Shown piece after piece: positions 58,805 to 64,000 of a stretch of 64,000 nucleotides of DNA. Every line of letters starts with the position of its first letter. The stretch's first letter is position 1. Below the pieces are notes generated by a model. The model searched no databases and was not told the DNA's origin. It saw nothing but the letters and a program-made list of their open reading frames with translations. A program made the translations under genes and the position numbers. Location of the stretch: the NCBI RefSeq assembly GCF_009914755.1, contig NC_060940.1; one strand, 5' to 3'. The DNA comes from the human T2T-CHM13v2.0 reference genome, Homo sapiens.

Positions 58805-61800
58805 GGATTCCATTCGATGATGATTCCATTCAAATCCATTCGATAATTCAATTCAAGTTCATTCGATGATGATTAAAATCGAATCCATTCAAAGATTCCA
58901 TTCAGTTCCATTCGATGGTTCCTTAGATTCCATTCGATGATTCCACTTGATTCCATTTACGATGATTCCATTCGATTCCATGTGATGATTCCATTCAATT
59001 CTATTCAATGATGTCTCCATTTGATTCCATTCGACCATGATTGCCTTTGATTCCATTCAATGACTCCATTCGGTTCCTTTTGATGATGATTCCGTTCGAT
59101 TCCATTTCATTATTCCATTTGATTCCATTGGATGAGTCCATTCGATTACATTCGATGATTATTCCATTCGAGTGCATTAGATGATTCCATTCGAGTCCAT
59201 TCGATGATTCCATTCGATTCCATTCGATGTTGATTCTGTTCAAATCCATTCGATGATTCCACTCGATTCCATTCGTTGACTCCATTTGATCCCATTCGAT
59301 GATTTCCTTTGATTCCCTTTGATGATCATTCCATTTGATTCAATTCGGTGATTTCATTTGATTCCATTCAGTGATGTTTCCATTCGACTCCATTCGATGA
59401 TGATTCCATTCGACTCCATTCGATTATGATTTCACTAAATTCCATTCAATAATGATTCCCTTCGAGTCCATTCGATGATTCCATTCGATTCCATTCAACG
59501 ATGATTTGATTCGTGTCCATTCGATGATTCCATTTGATTCCACTTGATGATGATTCCATTCGAGTCCATTTGATGATTCCATTCAATTCCATACTCCGAT
59601 GATTTCTTTTGAGCCCACTCAATGCTTCCACTCGATTCCATATGATGATGACTCCATTCGATGAAATTCGATGATGATTCCATTCGCTTGCTTTCGATGA
59701 TGATTCCACTTGAGTCCGTTAGAAGATTCTATTCAATTACATTCCATGACGATTCCGTTCGAGTCCATTTGATGATTCCATTAGACTCCATTCGACGATG
59801 ATTCCATTCGATGTTATTCGATGATTCCATTCGATCTCATTCGATGATGATTCCATTCAACTCCATTCGATGTTTCCATTCGAGTTCATTCTATTATTCC
59901 ATTAGATTCCATTCGATGATGATTCCATTCGATTCCATTTGATGATTGCATTCTATTTCATTTGATGATGATTCCATTCGAGTCCACTCGATGATTCCAT
60001 TCGAGTCCATTTAATGAATCCATTGGTTTCAATTCTATGATGATTACATTGGATTCCATTCGTTGATGATTTCATTCGGTTCCATTCCATGATGATTCCA
60101 TTCCTTTCCATTCAATGATTCCATTCGATTCCGTTTGATGATGATTTCATTCGAGTCCATTTGATGATTCCATTTGATTTCTTTCGATGATGATTCCATT
60201 CGAGTCCATTCGATGATTCTATTCGAATCCATTTGATGATTTCTTTTGATTATATTTGGTGATGATTCCATTGGAGTCCATTCAATGATTCCATTCTATT
60301 CCAATCGATGATGATTCCATTAGAGTCCATTTAATGATTCCATTTGATTCCAGTCTCTGATGATTACATTCGAGTCCATACGATGATTCCACTCAATTCC
60401 ATATGATGATGATTCCATTTGATTCCATTCGGTGATTCCGTTCTATTCTATTCAATGGTGATTCCATTCGAGTACATTAGATGATTCCATTCGATTCCAT
60501 TCATTGATGATTCTATTTGTGTCCCTTAGATGATTCCACATGATTCCATTAGATGATGATACTATTTGAGCCCATCCAATGATTCCCTTCGATTCCATTC
60601 GATGAGGATTCCATTCGATTCAATTCATTGGTGATTCTATTCAATTCAATTCTTTGATTCCATTCCATTCCATTCGACAATGATTCCATTCGATTTCTTT
60701 CGATGATTCCACTCGATTCCACTTGACATTGATTCCATTCGATTCCATTCAATGATTCCATTTGATTCCAGTGGATGATGATTGCCATCGATTCCATTCG
60801 ATCACTCCATTCTATTCCATTTGATGATGATTACATTCGATTCCATTTGATGATTCCATCTGATTCTATTCGAGGATTCCATTTGATTCCATTCGATGAT
60901 GATTCCATTCGAGTCCATTCGATGATTTCATTCGAGTACATCCAATGATTCCATTCGAGTCCATTAGATGATTCCATTTGATTCCATTTGAAAATGATTC
61001 TACTAGAGTCCATTCAATGACTCCATTCGAGTCCATTCAACAATTCCATTCGACTCCATTCGATGATTCCATTCGATTCCATTTGATGGTTCCATTCGAG
61101 TCCATTTAATCATTACAGTCGAGTCCATTTGGTGATTCCACTGGATTTCTTTTGATAATGATACCATTCAATTACATTTGATGATGATCCCATTCAATTT
61201 CATTTGATGATGATTCCATTAGAGTCCATTCGATGATTTCATTCGAGTCCCTTCATTGATTCCATCCGATTTCATTGGATGATGACTCCATTCGAGTCCA
61301 TTCGATGATTCCACTCGATTCCATTAGATGACTCCATTGGAGTCCATTTGATTGTTCCATTCGATTCCATTTGATTCCTTTCGAAGATTATTCCATTTGA
61401 GTCCATTCGATGATGATTCCATTCCATTCCATTCCATGATTCCGTTTGATTCCATTCGATGATTCCCTTCGATTCCTTTCTTTGATGATTCCATTCCATT
61501 CCATTCAATGATTCCATTCGAATCTATTCCATGATGATTCCTTTCGATTCCATTCGCTGATGTTTCCGTTCAATTCCATTCGATGATGATTCCATTCGAT
61601 TCCATTCATTGAGGATTCCATTTGATTCCATTCAATGATGATTCCATTCTATTCCATTCAATGATTGCATTCAATTCCATTCAATGATTATCCCATTAGA
61701 GTAAACTCAACGATTCCATTCAATATCATTCGATGATGATTCCTTTTGAGTCCATTCAATGATTTCATTCAAGTCCATTTGATGATTCCTTTCAATTCCA

Positions 61801-64000
61801 TTCTATGATGATTCCATTCGAGTCCATTCGATGATTCCATTCGATTGCATTCGATGATTCCATTATATTCCATTCAACGATGATTCCATTCGAGTCCATT
61901 CCATGATTCCATTAGAGTACATTTAATGATTGCTTTGTTTTCAATTCGAAGATGATTACATTGGATTCCATTCTATGATACCATTCGATTCCATTCAATG
62001 ATGATTCCACTCAAATCCATTGGATGATTCCATTCGTGTCCATTCGGTGATTTCATTAGATTCCATTCGAGGATGATTCCATTCGATTCCATTCGATGAT
62101 TCCATTCAATTCCATTCGATGATGATTCCATTCCAGTCCATATGATCATTCCATTTGATTTCATTCGATGATGATTCCATTCGATTCCATTCGACGATTC
62201 CATTCTATTCCATTCAATGATGATTCCATTCGAGTCCATTCGATGATTCCATTCGAGTCCATTTAATGATTCCATTGGGTTCAATTCAATGATGATTACA
62301 TTGGATTCCGTTCTATGATTCCATTCAATTCCGTTCATTGACAATTTGATTCCATTCGATGATGATTCCATTTGAGTTCATTCGATGATTCTATTCGATT
62401 CTCTTCGATGGTGATTCAATTCTATTATATTGGATGATTCCATTCGATTCCATTTGATGTTGATTCAATTCGATTCTATTCGATGATGATTCCATTGGAT
62501 TTCACTTGATGATTCTATTCGATTCCATTCAATGATGATTCACTTCTCGTCCATTGGATGATTCCATTTCATTCCATTCGATGATGATTCCATTCGATTC
62601 CATTCGATGATTCCATTTGATTCCATGCGACGGTGAGCAATTCGATTCAATTCCATGATGATTCTATTTGATTCAATTAGATGATGTTTCCATTCGAATC
62701 CATTCCATGATTATTCCATTGGAATCCATTCGGCGATGATTCCATATGAGTCAATTCAATGATGATTCCATATGGGTCCGTTCGATGATAATTCCATTTG
62801 ATTTCATTCGATGCTTCTATTCTATTCCAGTCGATGATGATTCCGTTGGAGTCCATACGATGATTCCATTTGATTTCATTTGATGATGATTCCATTCGAT
62901 GATGATTACATTGGATTCCATTCTATGATTCCATTCAATTCCATTCGTTGATGATTCGATTCCATTCAATGATGATTCCATTTGAGTTCATTCGATGATT
63001 CTATTCGATTCCGTTCGATGGTGATTCAATTCTATTATATTGGATGATTCCACTCGATTCCATTTGATGATTATTCCATTGGAGTCCACTTAGTGAATCC
63101 TTTAGATTCTACTCGACGATGATTCCATTCGAGTCCATTCGATGATACCATTCAATTCCATTCGTTGATGCTTCCATTCAAGTGCATTCGATGATATCAT
63201 TCGATTCCATTTGATGATAATTCCATTTGATTCCATGCGATGATTCTATTCGATTCCCTTCAATGATAATTCCATTCAATTCAGTGATTCCTCTGGACTC
63301 CATTTGATGATGATTCCATTCAATGATTCCATTCGATTCTATTCGAAAATGATTCCATTTGAATCCATTTGATGATGATTCCATTAGATTCCATTTGATG
63401 ATTCCATTCGATTCCATTCGACGATGATTCCATTCGATTCCGTTTGATGATTCCATTCTATTCTATTCGATGATGATTCCATTCGATTCCATTCGATGAT
63501 GATTGGATTCGATTCCATTGGATGATTTCATTTGATTCCATTCGTTAATGATTTCGATCAATTCCATTCGATGATTCCATTCGATTCCATTCGATAATGA
63601 TTACATCCGAGTCCATTCGATGATTCCCTTTGAGCCTGTTCGATAATTCCATTTGAGTCCAACCAATGATTCCATTCATTTCCATTCAATGATTCCATTC
63701 GAGTCCATTTGATCATTCCGGTAGGGTCCATTCGATGTTGATTCCATTGGAGTGCATTCGATGATTCCATTCGAGTCCATTTTAGGATTTGATTCGAGTC
63801 CTTTCGATGATTCCATTCGATTCCACTCGATGATGATTTCATTCGAGTCCATTCGACACTTCCAATCGATTCCATTTGATGATTCCATTCGAGTCCAATT
63901 GATGATTCCATTCAATTCCATTCGATGATGATTCCGTACGATTCCATTCTGTGATGATTCCATGTGATTGCATTCAATGATGATTCCTTTCGATTGCATT
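58805..64000 (+). repeat. Unit copy 11, truncated by the window end (-1 bp, -374 bp), otherwise close to the homogeneous type
   Basis: ORF offset 58803, then 58429 after ~60085. Confidence 0.9.

Larger units (their letters stand above)
1..64000 (+). repeat. Human satellite II (HSat2/HSATII) array, probably subfamily HSat2B (chr16q11.2-like), one orientation throughout
   Basis: Seen: continuous degenerate CATTC pentamers as CATTCGATTC, CATTCGAGTC and CATTCGATGA(TGA)TTC, forming 23/26-bp units rich in TCGA and GANTC; no extended GAATG-orientation block on +. Established: this is the HSat2 signature, whereas HSat3 has long pure CATTC runs. The subfamily and chromosome call is inferred from the 6.1-kb period and is less certain than the family call. 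Confidence 0.97.

Noticed and set aside
198-63999. The many 60-132 aa minus-strand ORFs (MESSNGIEWNH-type)
   Set aside because: They are direct translations of GAATG/GAATC repeats. ATG is built into the motif, the ORFs overlap in several frames and recur with the DNA period, and they show no domain or gene structure. The + strand lacks ORFs because GATGA supplies frequent TGA stops.
1-64000. CRISPR-like repeat/spacer array or a novel defence or coding system
   Set aside because: There is no constant repeat separated by unique spacers and no cas or any other gene; all sequence derives from one pentamer.
1-64000. Alpha satellite, CENP-B boxes, or HSat3/DYZ1 identity
   Set aside because: There is no 171-bp monomer, pure CATTC runs are short (about four at most), and the period is 6.1 kb rather than the ~3.6 kb of DYZ1.

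Overview
The whole 64 kb window is one uninterrupted, single-orientation array of human-type satellite II (HSat2; CATTC-derived, CATTCGATTC/CATTCGATGATTC motifs on the + strand). It is organised as a 6,112-bp tandem higher-order unit, which fits the ~6.1-kb HSat2B array of chr16 pericentromeric heterochromatin (from recalled literature, not verified by search). I found no genes, RNA genes, transposons or CRISPR arrays; every listed ORF is a translation artefact of the GAATG strand. I found no new gene-based biological system. The informative signal is structural. Units 1-7 and the first ~2.7 kb of unit 8 (1-45450) are near-identical and indel-free, and their variants recur at a three-unit 18,336-bp period. 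From ~45.45 kb the array becomes more diverged, with units of 6105, 4075 and 5840 bp, indels matching satellite building-block sizes, and a ~1.8-kb single-copy HSat2 block (49656-51465) in place of ~3.85 kb of the standard unit. Coordinates come from manual reading plus ORF-track offsets, so breakpoints are approximate within microhomology.
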